Positions 37,997 through 53,351 are shown, counted from the stretch's first letter. The stretch is DNA of 64,000 nt from Chrysomallon squamiferum (GCA_012295275.1 CM022675.1:12214001-12278000); one strand, 5' to 3'. Numbers and translations: made by a program. The notes: generated from the letters alone by a model not told the origin.

Positions 37997-40900
37997 TGAT
38001 AGATGATAAATATTAATAAACAAAAATAAATAACGTCAAACCTCCATGTTTATTGCCCCAGTAATGTTTAAGCATTGATATATTTTAATTTACATGAATT
38101 TACTTTATGCCAGCTCTTTAAGTCTAGTCAGTTGGAGAAACCAAGATTCATTTTGTCTTACTTCATGAATAAATACTCTTTATTTCTCTTTGTAGTTATT
38201 TTCAAAGGAAATCATCTCACGTTTGCACAATCAAATTGTTTATTAAATTGGTACCATTGGTATTACCAGCTTGTTGCTGGCCACATGGTGATACATTGAC
38301 AAATGTCCATTTGTGAGATTTGCAGATACATTCCCTTTTTCATAGTGAAGAAATGTTCAAGAACTATTTACAATTTAAATTGTTTTTATCCATTCTAAAA
38401 GTTTTATTATTTTTAAACATTAAAACCTACCCTTAGAAGATTAGCAGTACGTGAGTAACTTCATACGTAAGTGTTGCTTTCTGTCATCCTCAAAGACTGA
38501 GGCAAGCAGGGGGATATTTTTGGGCCAGTACTGAGGTTTTGTGCATGGAGTGATTTATAATCTCAGAAAACTAAGTTATGCCACCCAACTTGTTGCAGTG
38601 CCAAAATCAGCTGGGCACTAATATTGGTGTTATAAAAAGGTTTGACTGGTAGAGTCTCAAGAAATTTAATTTCTCTTCCAAAAATGTCAAAGCATTGGGA
38701 ATGTGGCAGCCCTCAGTCATTGACAGTTTTATTTAACTTTGTTATCAGTAAAGGTTAATCACTACCATGTGTACATAACAAATCATTTTGTATTCATAGC
38801 AGGTATTCTAGTGAGATGATTATTAGTTGATCAGTATTTTAATTTTGTTTTTTACCAAAGGGTTAAACACTGTTTGCTAACTATTGCAAAGTAAATTTCT
38901 TTGCAGAACTGTTTGGGCAAATTCAGAAGTAAAAGACAAGTAAATAATTGAAATCAAATGACACTATGAAACTACTGTGCAAGAACAAATTTATTTAAAA
39001 AGAAAATTGTATTGGGTGTTGGCAAACTAGAACTTCAGTCTCATGGAATACTTGATCTGTCATCTTCCATAAATATCAGTATTACATGATTTTATTTAAA
39101 GGCAAATATACTTTAAAAAAATTTATATAAAAAAAAAAATATATATATATATATATAAATTAACAGGAGTTTCAAGTTTCAGTGATTAACAAAACTGACC
39201 CCCAGAATTTGATACCCACCATCATACCAGGATGTCACGTTAATGCTAAGAAAAGAACTGTTTTTTGTTATTGTGAAAATGTGTTTTAAAATTATGTAAA
39301 CTGTTTACAAGAAACATACAAAAAAAAATATCACAGAAAACATTTCAAAACAAGTGAAATTGTTTTTAGAAATACTTAAAATGCTGTTTTCACTTGGGTA
39401 GATTATCCTCCTTCAGAATAAAATGAGTAATGATGATAAAAATGTATAAAACTAACAGTGGATGCTATGAGCTAGAATTGTTCTGAATATTTATATTTTA
39501 TTTATTTTTAAGAAGAAAATATGAGCTTGAAATGCTGCAATATGCCATGGCTAATTTTTTAACCTTTTGATTTAAATTTATTTATTTTTATTTATTATTA
39601 TTATTATATAGTAAGGGACATAACTCTTAGATACATAATGTACAAAATAAAAAGGGGCAAATAATACTAGTCTTTTTCTTTTTTTTTTTTTTTTTCGCCT
39701 TGAATTCGTTTATCAGTATATATATATATATATAATGAATTAAAATATAAAAATCAATTCTATTTGTGAATATCGGTTATCAGAAAACAATGAATATAAT
39801 TAACGTATTTGATGTATGAATCGCAACCCAAGAACTGCTTTGAAAATTGCTGTAGCATTAGTTCGGTGATATATACATGGAAATATTCTTTTACATTTGT
39901 CACACACATAACATTTCATGTGCTTGTAGGTCAGCCATACAGTGATTATAAGCTCGGGAATTTTTAGTCAAAAGTTCCCTATAATGTTTGCTAACTATAG
40001 GGCTGAACGTTTGATGTTTTAATCAATCGTATTTTATAAATTAATACGCGAGGCAACATGCTGAGGTGCGCGGCAACATACAACGACTCGTAGGCGCGCG
40101 TTACACACGGAACACCGAGTCCAGACTTTTCTTAATATTTTATTGAATTTAGGTATAAAAGACTGACACGCAAGTAAACAGAAACGGAACATTTATAAAC
40201 AAAGTTAAAAATGCTTGTGAAAATTACTGAGGTTGACATGAACCTGTAACTGAAAATGGTTAATCAAAGGAGGAAACTTGAGGATGAAAAGAGCAAAATC
40301 TAAGAAACCCTCTTAACGGGGGGGGGGGATCTGAGAATTGAATTAATACAAACTTCATATTTCAAGTCTGAATTTTAAGAAACAAATTCATATTGCAAAA
40401 TATCGATGCATTGTCATACAGTTGAGTTGTACTTCCTCGTTCGCTTTAATCCTATTAACCAAGTATGGCAGAAAAACGATCAATAGACTTCTGTGTACGG
40501 ACCTCACACATTATCCGATAACGAGCACAGTTGCTGCTTATAAAACTCCATTTAAAACTGTAATGTATATAGTCCGAGTTTGCTGTATGTATTCCATGTA
40601 AAACCATCTGACATCAAGAAAGTTTGCTTCAGTTATAATTATATTTAATACCATGTAATGTATATCATTAGTTTAAAACCATTTACGGAATTCGTTGGTT
40701 TACATTCCGTTTTAAATCATTAATAATTATTTATCATCTCATTGCTTGCACGTTTTTAAAATAATTTAAATTGTAACACAAACGTGTCGCAGACTAAAAC
40801 AGGGTGGTACAGATTACATGATTTATGGGAGGCAAATTTGGTAAAGAAAATTACTATTGTTCAAGTTCTTTTATTCTGTTCTTCAACTTGTAAGAACATT

Positions 40901-42062
40901 ATATACATCACATTCAGTGAAAGTAGATGTCGAATTTCATGACTCGCCCTACCTTGCGTATTAGTTCAGAACTTTGAGAGTAAGAAGAAATGTTATATTT
41001 AATTATTTCCTCAATATATTTCTAACATTCGTTCATTTGATGTCATAATTATTTTATTTAACAACAAGTTCTGGATAATTATAATCTACAAGTAGCGCTG
41101 TATTTATGCTTAAAACTTTTGTTAGGTTACTTCTGTTGGATCTTTTGTTTGCTGTCGAGTTAGATAAAATTAGCCGCAGAAACAAGCACATTTTTTAGCA
41201 CGAAGTTCAGCTTAGAGAAGAACATTACTTTCTATAATAAATAAAAACACTTTAAAGTAAGAATAATGAAATATAAAGAACACATCATATAAAAAATAAA
41301 TAAATAAATAAATAAAAAATAAAAAACAACAAAGAAACAAAACAACAAAAACCCAACCCTTCCCCCCCAAAAAAATAATTTAAAAAAAACAAAGAAAAAA
41401 ACAAACAAACAATATATACATATATATATATATAAACCAACCCCCCCAAAAATGATAATATAAAAACAATATTAGAAATAGTAAACAAACGCAAATAAAA
41501 AGGTTAAACAATACACTTTTAACTCATGCACGTCCACACACAAACCAAAAGTGAAAAACAACACAACCTCAAAATTCATGCAAATAATAATAATAAATAA
41601 ATAAATAAAAAATTAATTTTGAGGAAAATGTTTCACGACAAAAATTATCTAAGAATCTCACACTCAAAAATAGTCAAATGATTCAACGTAAGATTTATAA
41701 CTTATTATTTGAAAGAATTTAAAAGTCGAAATGTCAAATGGTTAAAAATATAATTTATTATGTCAAAGAATCTGAAATAGGAAAAGTGTAATGAAAGATA
41801 TACATTTTTATCAAAAACATCTATTCAAAATTTTCCTAAATGAATATATGTGACTTCAACAATTATGTTTTAATAAATTATTAACACACACACACACACA
41901 CACACACACATTACTGCATTTTTCTGTAGCTTTATATTAGAAATACTTTATATTAAATATCTTCATATGTTTTTATTATTATTTATTTATTTATTTATTT
42001 AGGTATTTAGGTCGAAGCGCTTAACATGGTTTACCACTACACAAAATTCGAAAACAAATCGT

Positions 42063-42505
42063 TGGAAAATCTGCTGAATTAGCTATTTAATATCAGTTCT
42101 TTCACAATTACTAGCAAACTGGAATATCTGCTGAATTAGCTATTTAATATCAGTTCTTCCACAATTACTAGCAAACTGGAAAATCTGCTGAATTAGCTAT
42201 TTAATATCAGTTCTTCCACAATTACTAGCAAACTGGAAAATCTGCTGAATTAGCTATTTAATATCAGTTCTTCAACAAGTTCTTCTGAAACAATTTAATA
42301 TCAGTTCTTCCACAATTACTAGCAAACTGGAATATCTGCTGAATTAGCTATTTAATATCAGTTCTTCAACAATTACTAGCAAACTGGAAAATCTGCTGAA
42401 TTAGCTATTTAATATCAGTTCTTCAACAATTACTAGCAAACTGGAATATCTGCTGAATTAGCTATTTAATATCAGTTCTTCCACAATTACTAGCAAACTG
42501 GAAAT
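42063..42505. repeat. 57-bp minisatellite, ~7.5 copies
   Basis: TGGAA(A/T)ATCTGCTGAATTAGCTATTTAATATCAGTTCTTC(C/A)ACAATTACTAGCAAAC; one interrupted unit near 42280. Confidence 0.95.
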
Positions 42506-43289
42506 GTAATGTGGAAACAAAACAACAGCACTAACAGAAACAAACTCTTGAAACGTTTTTGATTAAGCAAGTATCGTCATAATTATTTCTTTAGGTATCC
42601 TCCTGAGTTTGTATGGGAATATTTGGTTGTAGTTATAGCACATATTTATCACATATAATATGTAGAAAAAATATTTAGCCATTGAAAGCATTTGCACTTT
42701 TAAAGTGAATAAAAGGTTTAATACGGTGTACGTATATTTGTGTTTGAGTCGTCGACGTATGCAGTCCGAAGCGTTGGCTACGTACACACAGAGATTTGCA
42801 GAGCACTGAGAAAGCCCCTTGAAACGTGATATTCTGTTGTGTTTGCCAGCTGCGCTTTATCCCGCTGATGTATTCCTTGTAGCAGTTGCTGTGCAAAGTA
42901 CACGTGCTGGCTGAGAGGATAATTTGTGACCAGAATATATTATCTAGAGCCGAACGTGGCCTGACATAATCATCAACCACGTATGAATGTAAATGTTTAC
43001 GAATCGAATGTTAACTTGTAGAAATTCAAACGATAATGGAGTATTACTTGTTACAAGGACGCAAGGAATGAAAAGTCTATAGTAGTAAGCCCATTGCTTT
43101 TGTCCCTGACAAAGGAATCTGACATATATGAATGACCCACAGCTCAAGAAATTCGTGGATATTTTTATTTTCAACTTCATTTGATATTTTGAAATGACGA
43201 GTGAAGCACCTCCACATGAAATAAATCCAGATAAATAATTTGAAGACTCTCTCACAGATATTATTGTTTTATTTCATTTTTCAGTGCTT

Positions 43290-43425
<136 letters not shown>

Positions 43426-44677
43426 CTATGCGTAGCAGTATTTATGTTATTATGTTTCGACAAAATATATATTACAATAGTCTGTTAAGAAAACATTTTA
43501 ATTAAAATTTAATAATGAAATAATTTTTGTCTAAATTTTTAAATTGTTATTTAACACGTGAGGAGAGTTTCTTAAGCTGTTTTTTTGGGAAAAGAAGTCA
43601 TAATACAAAGTTAAATCGAATTTTCAGAGTGGGAAGGAAACAGGTAATAATATTTTACGCCTGTTTACACCGTGCTGTCAAACCCACATGTCACAAAAAC
43701 ATCGATTTCTCAGTTTTCTATTTGAATATTTTCAGTTTTTTTGTTTATTATAAGTTTGTTTGGTTTTTGTGTTCTTTAATATATTATTTCTGTCCATATC
43801 GCGTGCTAGGTGTATTTCAACTTTGTATTTTGCAAGATCGTCATTATTAAAAACACCACTGTCGCAGGTTGGCGCATCTAAGTTTAGAACAGAATTAGTT
43901 TGTAGCCTGGCGACATAATGACTGTCACGGACACATACATTAGAACGTGTATAATTATGATCACTGGGTATTTAATTAATAAAATAATGGTTTTTATTTT
44001 TTTACTGATTTATTGATTTATTTATTGTTATTATAATTATAATAATTATTATTACCATCATCAAAATCATCGTCACCATTATTATCATCGTTCGAAATAG
44101 AAGTATAATAACAATCAAATATCTAAGACAACTTAAGTCAAATCTCTAAGACAGTAGTGTCACAGAACTACGAAATACGTAAATGTTGTTGTTGCTGCTG
44201 CTTGTATTACTGTAGTTGATGTTGTTGTTGTTATTTTTGTTGTTAAAAAATTCAACATTTTCGTTTCATGTTTCAAACAAACAAAATAAAAACAAAAAAG
44301 GAAAAGAAAGGATATTTGCCCTCTATTTCTAGTAAAGTTATACGAAATCACAGATCGGTATTCGATGTTACAACCAATGCAACAGTTGTGATCTCTGCCA
44401 CTGTCAATCATTCACACAAATAAAATACGACAATTCGATTATTACTGAAAGAAAAGCATAATAACAGTATTGTGTTAAACTGCAGATACAAACAAATCTG
44501 TCGCCTGCTTTCTTAGCGCGTGAACCCGACGAGACGTTCAGACTGAGTCATACAAAACTGAAACACGCTTCAGTATTTTCAGTTTTATTTTATATTTTAC
44601 AATGAAGCCCACCATATAAATCAAAACGGGTTAGGCATTTTCGAGAATATCACTCGCAGAAATTATTGTTTTATTTT

Positions 44678-44802
<125 letters not shown>

Positions 44803-47024
44803 GTCTCTGCGTTGCAATGTTTTAATTATAATGAAAGAACCTTTTTTTGTTATCGATATATATATATATATATACACACATACATATAGTGGTTAATACA
44901 ATAAATAATCAAATTAACTCGTCATTAACTCAAGAGACCAAGGTCTGTATAATTGTTATATTTAATTAACAGAAATGGTCTCCGAGTTAGATTATACTTT
45001 CCAATAAAAATATTTTATTTAACAACCAGACTGTGTAATCTCAGTAACAGGTAAGCAGTTGTATACTGAGATTAAAGTATTTTCATAGCAATTATTAAAT
45101 ATCATTTAAGTACTTTGTCCTCGAAACAAGCTGTCTTCACAGATGGAATCTAAATTAGCAAAAGCTGAAAGCATTACCTGTTTGGTAATAACAGTTTAAA
45201 AAATAATTTTGCATTTTGCTATTAAAATGTACTAGTGTAATACCTTTTGCTGATTTCTTTTATTTATGAAAAGGTAATGTCAGAAATAAATGCATTACTT
45301 TATTGATCCGAATAACATTATGTTTTATGATATATAGTTAAGACAATTATATATATGTCGGGTAGGAAAAAACATAAATAAAAAAGCACTGAATTTTAAC
45401 ACTTCATGTATTAAATTTGACATTTTGAAACTTTCTAATTTACAAGATTACTAACATGGACAATTAACAGCTGTAGGAGACTGCAAACTTTTTTTTCCGA
45501 TAAAATGCGAGGAGAAATGCGTTATGCCATTAACATACTTTTTGTTTTTTTCATTTTACATCCAGGTTTCGAGTTTCAATAATAATCTTATCGATTAATA
45601 TTATAATAGAATTTCTAAGTAATTAAATTTCTGATCATTATTATTCTGTGATTAGTTGTTTTACTTAAAAGATGGCTTCCTTTCCAGTATCCTCAAAGTT
45701 CATTCCTCCACAGACTCGCTGCTCTCTTTCCATCTGTCGCTTCTTACTGATGTGTCCTGTCCATGTCTAATCCTAGCTTCCAACACTGGACACTTTCTCT
45801 AATCTTTATCTGACTGTTGTAAAGAACACAGACATATAATATTTCTTTGAAAAGAGATTTTGACTTTTTTATATTTTTTAATGGATGATGCAATTAAGAC
45901 CAACTTAAGGTTTTGTTTTTTTGGTTTAGAAGTATCCTTACGTTGGATATGATTTTTAATTAACTGACTTAGCTTGTACGTAACAGTTAGAACATTAGTA
46001 ATTTCGGTGTTCATTTAACGTTCCTCCAAATAAAGTGAGATTTAATAAATAAGAAATTCAGCCAATAACTTAACCTTTCATGGTATCTCGATTTGTATGT
46101 TCCTGCTAAACTTCGCACTATCAAGCTTTTTTTTTATCTTTGTTTTGTTTTGTTCTAAGTATTGGTGGACATATTTAGTAGACACTGGATTGTAGTCAGA
46201 TGAGAAGGAATGATAAACTAGTTTGAAGATTAAAATGCTAGTCGATGACGTCATATATTGCAGGATCAAATACAGTTAAAGTCCTCACTGTAACCCAACC
46301 AAATTTCATGGCTTGTGTTTTTTCTTTCTGTGGGAAGGTTCAAAAAAATATCTCTTACTGCTAAGTGATAAGATTATTCATTCATTCATTCATTCATTAA
46401 AAACTCTTATTTGAAAACATTTCCCTCAAGATATCTCAACCTATAAACGGGTGAATAACAAATATATACCTTTATCCTTAAGCTTCTTTGGACAAAACTT
46501 CCTACCTTTACGGATCGTTACAAATTTGATTTCTAATCTTTCCTCAACCAAAACCAAACAAACCAACAAATATACGACAACAAAACATTTCCTTCAAGTA
46601 AAAATAACACAATTGCGTATAGAAATTTCAAAGCAGACATAATTCTTTTAGTTCACGTTTAGCCTTCGCTTAAAACCATTTATTTGCGTTTCTTAGAGGA
46701 GTTTTTTGTTCTGAGAAAATAATCATTGAAGAAACGACATCGTCTTTATTCGTCGACGTTTCAGGTTCAACCAATGAGAAAGCTAACGCAAACACTGAAC
46801 ACATTGTTTGTTCTTATAATTTTAATGTAACATAGCTTTGCTGCAACACGTGTTCAGCCATATACCTTTCAAATCAATGCAATCCTATATTTATGAACTT
46901 ACTTAGTCTAGCTTGGTGCATTTTCATTAAGTTTTTTCTTCCTATTTAAACCTGCCTATGTTTTTAATTCTTATTTTTAAAATCATTTCAGATATTATAT
47001 ATATTTTTTTATTGATTTAATTTA

Positions 47025-47155
47025 ATTTATTTATTTATTTATTTATTTATTTTATTTTATTTTATTTTATTTTATTTTATTTTATTTTATTTTATTTTAT
47101 TTTATTTTATTTTATTTATTTATTTATTTTATTTTATATTATTTTATTTTATTTT
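47025..47155. repeat. (TTTA)n/(TTTTA)n microsatellite
   Basis: Seen directly in sequence. Confidence 0.9.
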
Positions 47156-50100
47156 TTAAGAGTGTCGTACTATATATAATTTCAAATTATAAATTAAAAA
47201 AAAAATTCTAATTTTGTCAGCAGAATTACTTGTATGGTCGAAACTGATAATAATTTCCGATTTCCAGTCCAGTATTTACATCGACTTCGTTAAATCTCTG
47301 AAAGTATTTCTTTCCAAAAATAAAAAGAAACATTTCAATTTGCAAGAAGAATAGCATTTATCATGTCAGAGTATTTTGATAAAACATTTAATCACCCCTG
47401 AAAAAATAACCTAATTTGTTTTTCTTAATTCAGTTTAAGCATCAACGTAATTGATAATCTTTATTATTATTATTATTATTGTTACTGTTTTATTGTTGTT
47501 AGTGGTGCTATTATTTCGTTCACTTAATATTCCTTAACGATTAGCAGAAAGTATCTCGTCTAGGCACCTTCCTATAGACAGCATATTTTTATAAACCATT
47601 CATTAGAAGTTGTCTGGGGTGGGATAGTAAAAAACAGGCTTCAGTTGACAGGTCACATTTTCTCACTTACAAAATTGATTAACATGAACATATGTAATAA
47701 TTGAATAATCAATAGCCAAGTGCATATAATAAACAATAATTTAAAAAACAAACAATAAAATTAATAATATTTTGAAAATATTGATCCTTTTCTTTCTTAA
47801 CATCTGACTAAAGAAAATACGTTTAACGTAAATATGATAAAATTATTATTGTTGTTGTTGTTGTTGTTGTTGTTGTTATTTTGACATTTGTTTTAAATTA
47901 TGTGTTAGATGTCAGTCAATTCTAGCAATGCAACATGAGCACTTTGCAAGCCGAGGTGTAGTGTTATCATAAGGAATCTGTTTCTAATAATTCTAAAATC
48001 AATTACAGATGCTACAAAAATGTGTATGTATATAAAACAATATCAGTATAAAAAACTCAACAAAAAACATACATATATATGTGTTCACACAAGCATATAA
48101 AATGAAAAAATAAAAATAAAATCTAAAAAACGTTCACGTTGGTAGCATTGTTGAATAGTTAAATTAGATTTAGTGTTTTCTTTACAGTATAAAACAAGAA
48201 ACTATAAATTACTGAACAAAACTGCACATGTAAGTCATTTCTTTACAAAAATAATTTAAAATTTCAAATGTCTTATTGATCTTATTTTAAAAATGACCAA
48301 AAAAACCAAACAAAATCCTCTACAAAGTTTTATATTTCTACGGCCAACTTAAAGATTTAAAAATAAGCCATCTGGTGCAATGAATCACGTTAATTTTGAT
48401 ATAAGTCATATACACGCACTGTTTGTGTTCTAGCTGTCAGTAGAGAAGTCATGCGTTACATTTTTATTTATTTTATACTTCTGCAAGACACGGTTAGGTA
48501 GATGTAGACACTGCTTTATAATCTGGTTAAACTAATCAGTTACTTTTTGGTTTTATACACGTACTTTAAATCTTTTTGTTATAACATGCCATGCTTCATG
48601 TATTTAAAAAGTTAAAACTATATATATATATAAATAGTTAAGACAATCTATGTTAATTTCTTGTAATAATTAAACGCAAATCTGCTTTTGATTTTCTAGA
48701 AAGACAAAAGTCAAGCATAAAATTCACTTAGAGAAAATTCTGCTGCATGTTTAATTAACTGGTTACTTATGATGATGATATTTATTTTAAGCCACACTGG
48801 AGAGTTTCGTTTCACGAGGATAAGGAATAATAGATAGCCCGCTTTTTTTCATTTAGAACTAAAGAAATGAAGTTTCGCTGGAGTGATCTCCCTTGATCAG
48901 TCCGCTGATTTTATTTCCATTCTTTCTGCAACCCCTGAATTGTTTGTCATTGTCAGATTTCACTACGTTTGATTCTGTGACTAAAATAATGTTTACTCGA
49001 GTTTCTTTAGTTTGTTAAATTCGTTCTTGTAAGCATCTCATCCAATCATTTTCTGAAAACTTTTCTCTTCCGAGCTGATTTTTCTAGATTCTAAGCAAGG
49101 CTTGACCTGATAAACTCGAGATACTGCAGTTTTATACATGAACTCTCTGACTGATTGTCTCTTGTTTGACTGTATGTCTGTACGTCTGTGTGTCTCTCTG
49201 TCTCCCTGCTTTTTTTGTCCGTTCATCCATTCATCGATCAGTCTGCTGTCTTTTTATCTACCCACAAACATATACACACATACACACACACATATACACT
49301 TTATATGTATGTATATAATTATACGTATGTATGTGTGTACGTACGTACGTTTATATGTATTTATGTGTGTATGTGTGTGCGTGCATGTATATGTGTATCT
49401 GTGTGTATGTGTGTGTGTGTCTGTGTGTGTCTGTGTGTGTATGTATGTATGTCTGTGTGTGTCTGTGTGTGTCTGTGTGTGTACTTACATATATCTACTC
49501 TTGATGGTAGTGTGGGCGAATGGGCGCCAGACGTTCAAAACTCGACAGCAGAACTTGTCTGGGTTTAGTCTCATCTTGAATATTGTCTGTGCAGAGTACA
49601 GACATACATAAAACAATCAATATTCATTCCTAGACAAATACATACATACTTAAACACACACACACGCACACACACAGACATAAAAATATAGGTAAATATA
49701 TCATGTGTACTGTAAAACGATTCAGGTGTAAGAGCTGAATATTCTGTACGTTAGTGTTGTAAGATGACTTTGCTTGTCGAATGTCTAGATAAGTTTTCTT
49801 GCACCCTCTTACATTGATATTTTTCTTTGATTCATTCTGATATTTAGTAACTATATACATCATATTTTATTTCAGCAAGGCAGCAGATGTACGGAAATAA
49901 TCGTTGAATTTGGTCAAAAAAAGTATTATAATGTTTCAAAAATCTATATTTTCAAAAATATCTCACTAAAATGTATTATTTATATAAAAAAACAACAACA
50001 ACAAGAAACCCAACAACTAAAACCAACAACAAAACAAATAAACAAAAAACAACAGAAACAAATAAAGAAATAAATAAATGAAATAAATAAACAAACTGGA

Positions 50101-50439
50101 TGTGTGAATGAATGAATACAATACAATAAAATAAAATAAACACATAAATAAGTAAATAAATTAATAAGTACATTAGTGAAATAATCACTCACTCATTTCT
50201 CATTTCTCTGTGAGAATATATAATGTTTTTGGTGATTAAGGATATTTTATATGTTTTATCAGTGTAAATTATTGCTAAAGATTCACGAGTGCGCAACATG
50301 AAATAGAAAAGGTAAACGAGTAAAAATAAGAGTGAAAATAAAAGTGGATAAAGTGAAGAGTAAGCAGCAGCCAAGCTGGTCAAGAAGTCGCCAAGGTTGT
50401 CAGATACTCAGAATAACGAACTTTGATGTTCACTGCACC

Positions 50440-51030
50440 TGATATCAGTCGATATCTGCCTTATTGGTGACTTTATAGTGATTTAATCCCTGATGATGTA
50501 CTTCAACTTGAGAGGTTAAATATTTAAAAACAACGAGTATCAAAGGATAAAACAAAAAATAACTATGATCGTATTGTCCTTCATTTCTCTAGATATAATA
50601 ACGTGTTTATTACGAATGGGAGAGTAGATGCAGATAGATGTTTTGGGAAATGTACATATTCTAATGTCGTTGATTACTGTATTAGAAATGTTAAATTCTT
50701 GTCCCTAGTAGAACACTTTGCTATATTTCCATTTTCTTCACTGTTATCAGATGTCTATAGGCTTTTATCTATCAAACTACGTACACAAATAAATGCTGAG
50801 AATACTGTAATTGATATTTTATCAAGCTCTATAGAAGTCCCAGGGAAATGATATAATGATAAAAAGCAACAATTTTGCGACGAATTTAAAAAGCAGTAGC
50901 ATTTGTTAAATGAAATATGCCCAAAATTACAAAATTGCAAGTCAACGAACGTTGATTCTGAATTTATAAATAATATAATGATATAAATGCTGTATTATAA
51001 CTGCAGCTAAAGATACATTTCGGAAGAAAC
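50440..51030 (+). mobile_element. Degenerate non-LTR retrotransposon fragment (APE endonuclease region)
   Basis: Broken frames give ICLIGDF, FITNGRVDAD...GKCTY-SNVVDYCI and LSDV, matching the order of the GDFN, NGR...T...S.VDY and SDH motifs of LINE endonucleases; stops and frameshifts present. Confidence 0.65.
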
Positions 51031-51034
51031 TCAC

Positions 51035-51805
51035 CATCTTTAAGAATTAACACAATAAATATTATTTAATTTAGATAACATCTTTAAGAATTAACACAAT
51101 AGATATTATTTTATTTATATAACATCTTTAAGAATTAACATAATGAATATTATTTTATTTATATAACATCTTTAAGAATTAACACAATAAATATTATTTA
51201 ATTTAGATAACATCTTTAAGAATTAACACAATAAATATTATTTTATTTAGATAACGTCTTTAAGAATTAACATAATGAATATTATTTTATTTATATAACA
51301 TCTTTAAGAATTAACACAATAGATATTATTTAATTTAGATAACATCTTTGAGAATTAACATAATGAATATTATTTTATTTATATAACATCTTTAATAACA
51401 AAATAAATATTATTTAATTTAGATAACGTCTTTAAGAATTAATATAATGAATATTATTTTATTTATATAACATCTTTAAGAATTAACAAAATAAATATTA
51501 TTTAATTTAGATAACGTCTTTAAGAATTAACATAATGAATATTATTTTATTTATATAACATCTTTAAGAATTAACACAATAGATATTATTTAATTTAGAT
51601 AACATCTTTCAGAACTATCACAGTAAATATTATTTTATTTAGACATCTTTAAGAATTAACACAATAAATATTATTTAATTTAGATAACATCTTTGAGAAT
51701 TAACATAATGAATATTATTTTATTTATATAACATCTTTAAGAATTAACACAAAAATATTATTTTATTTAGACAACATCTTTAAGAATTAACACAATAAAT
51801 ATTAC
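51035..51805. repeat. 44-bp AT-rich minisatellite, ~17 copies
   Basis: CATCTTTAAGAATTAACACAATAAATATTATTTAATTTAGATAA with two variant types. Confidence 0.95.
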
Positions 51806-52094
51806 TCATCTTAGATTAATAAAGTTTCTGTGCACTGTACATGTAAAAAGTAAAGAGCTATAGATTTTACCTCGTTGCAAATATGAAATAAACGTTTGTT
51901 TTGCCACCTACAAAGAATAACTGAAAAACTGAGTCTCGTGTATGGCTCATTACTTACAAGAAAAAATAACACAAAAAGTCACCAGCTGTTTCACGTTCAG
52001 GTAATTTAATTATTGGGTTACTAGGTTAATAACAACTCTTACGAGATAGAGTCATGTTATTATCACATATGTTATCAAATTGCTGTGCACTCAA

Positions 52095-52584
52095 AAATCA
52101 ATCGGGTGAATGGCTGCCATACGTTCGAGTCTCGTCAGCGGCATCTGACTGGGTTTGTAGGGTTTGTGATTGGACTTTGTCATCCTGCGTGCAGAACATA
52201 TTCAAAATCCTAAACTACATACATACATACATACATACATACATACATACATACATACATACATACATACATACATACATACATACATACACACATACAT
52301 ACATACACACATACATACATATATACATACATACGTTCATACATACATACATACATACACATACATTCATACATACATACATACACATACATTCATACAT
52401 ACATACATACATACGTTCATACATACATACAAACATAGATACATACATACGTACATACATACATACATACATATATACATACATACATACATACATAGAT
52501 ACATACATACATACATACATAGATACATACATACATACATACATACATACATACATACATACATACATACATACATACATACAT

Positions 52585-52617
<33 letters not shown>

Positions 52618-52620
52618 TAC
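52095..52620 (+). mobile_element. Putative SINE body with expanded (TACA)n tail
   Basis: B-box-like GTTCGAGTC (~52123) and a ~90-nt body running directly into ~400 bp of (TACA)n (52215-52620). The microsatellite is certain; the SINE call is inferred. Confidence 0.5.
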
Positions 52621-52819
52621 GTACCTGGAGCGTTATAAAAAATCGATAGTTTTGACGATTCTTTTTCTCAGTATTGAAACTCATATTAATTTGATCATAT
52701 GACAATGTTCCCACTTTCTGAAATCTTGGATACAGTAAAATAATAATATAGGTAAATATATTATATGCATATATGTACTTGTTCAGATATTTAGTATACC
52801 ATTGGATACACTGACAGTC

Positions 52820-52886
52820 AGCCAGCCAGATAGATAGACAGATAGACAGATAAATAGATAGATAGACAGATAGACAGAAGACAGAC

Positions 52887-52917
<31 letters not shown>

Positions 52918-53064
52918 TATATAGATAGATAGATAGACAGACAGATAGAAGACAGACAGACAGACAGATAGATAAACAGATAGACAGACAGATAGATAGA
53001 CAGACAGATAGATAAACAGATAGATAGACAGGATACAGACAGACAGATAGACAGACAGACAGAC

Positions 53065-53155
<91 letters not shown>

Positions 53156-53351
53156 CAGACAGATAGAAGACAGACAGACAGACAGACAGATAGATAAACA
53201 GATAGACAGACAGATAGACAGATATATAGACAGACCGATAGGCTTGTGGGAGAATAGGTGGATGGATATAGAATGATAGATAGATAATTAAATACATATA
53301 TTCATAAATATACAGAAAAACAGTCAGATAGATGGATATCTCCTTCTCTCC

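Noticed and set aside
45665-45800. Minus-strand coding exon or RTE-LINE 3' fragment (WTGHI-like)
   Set aside because: No clean splice-site pair or sustained frame; the LINE resemblance is too short to support.
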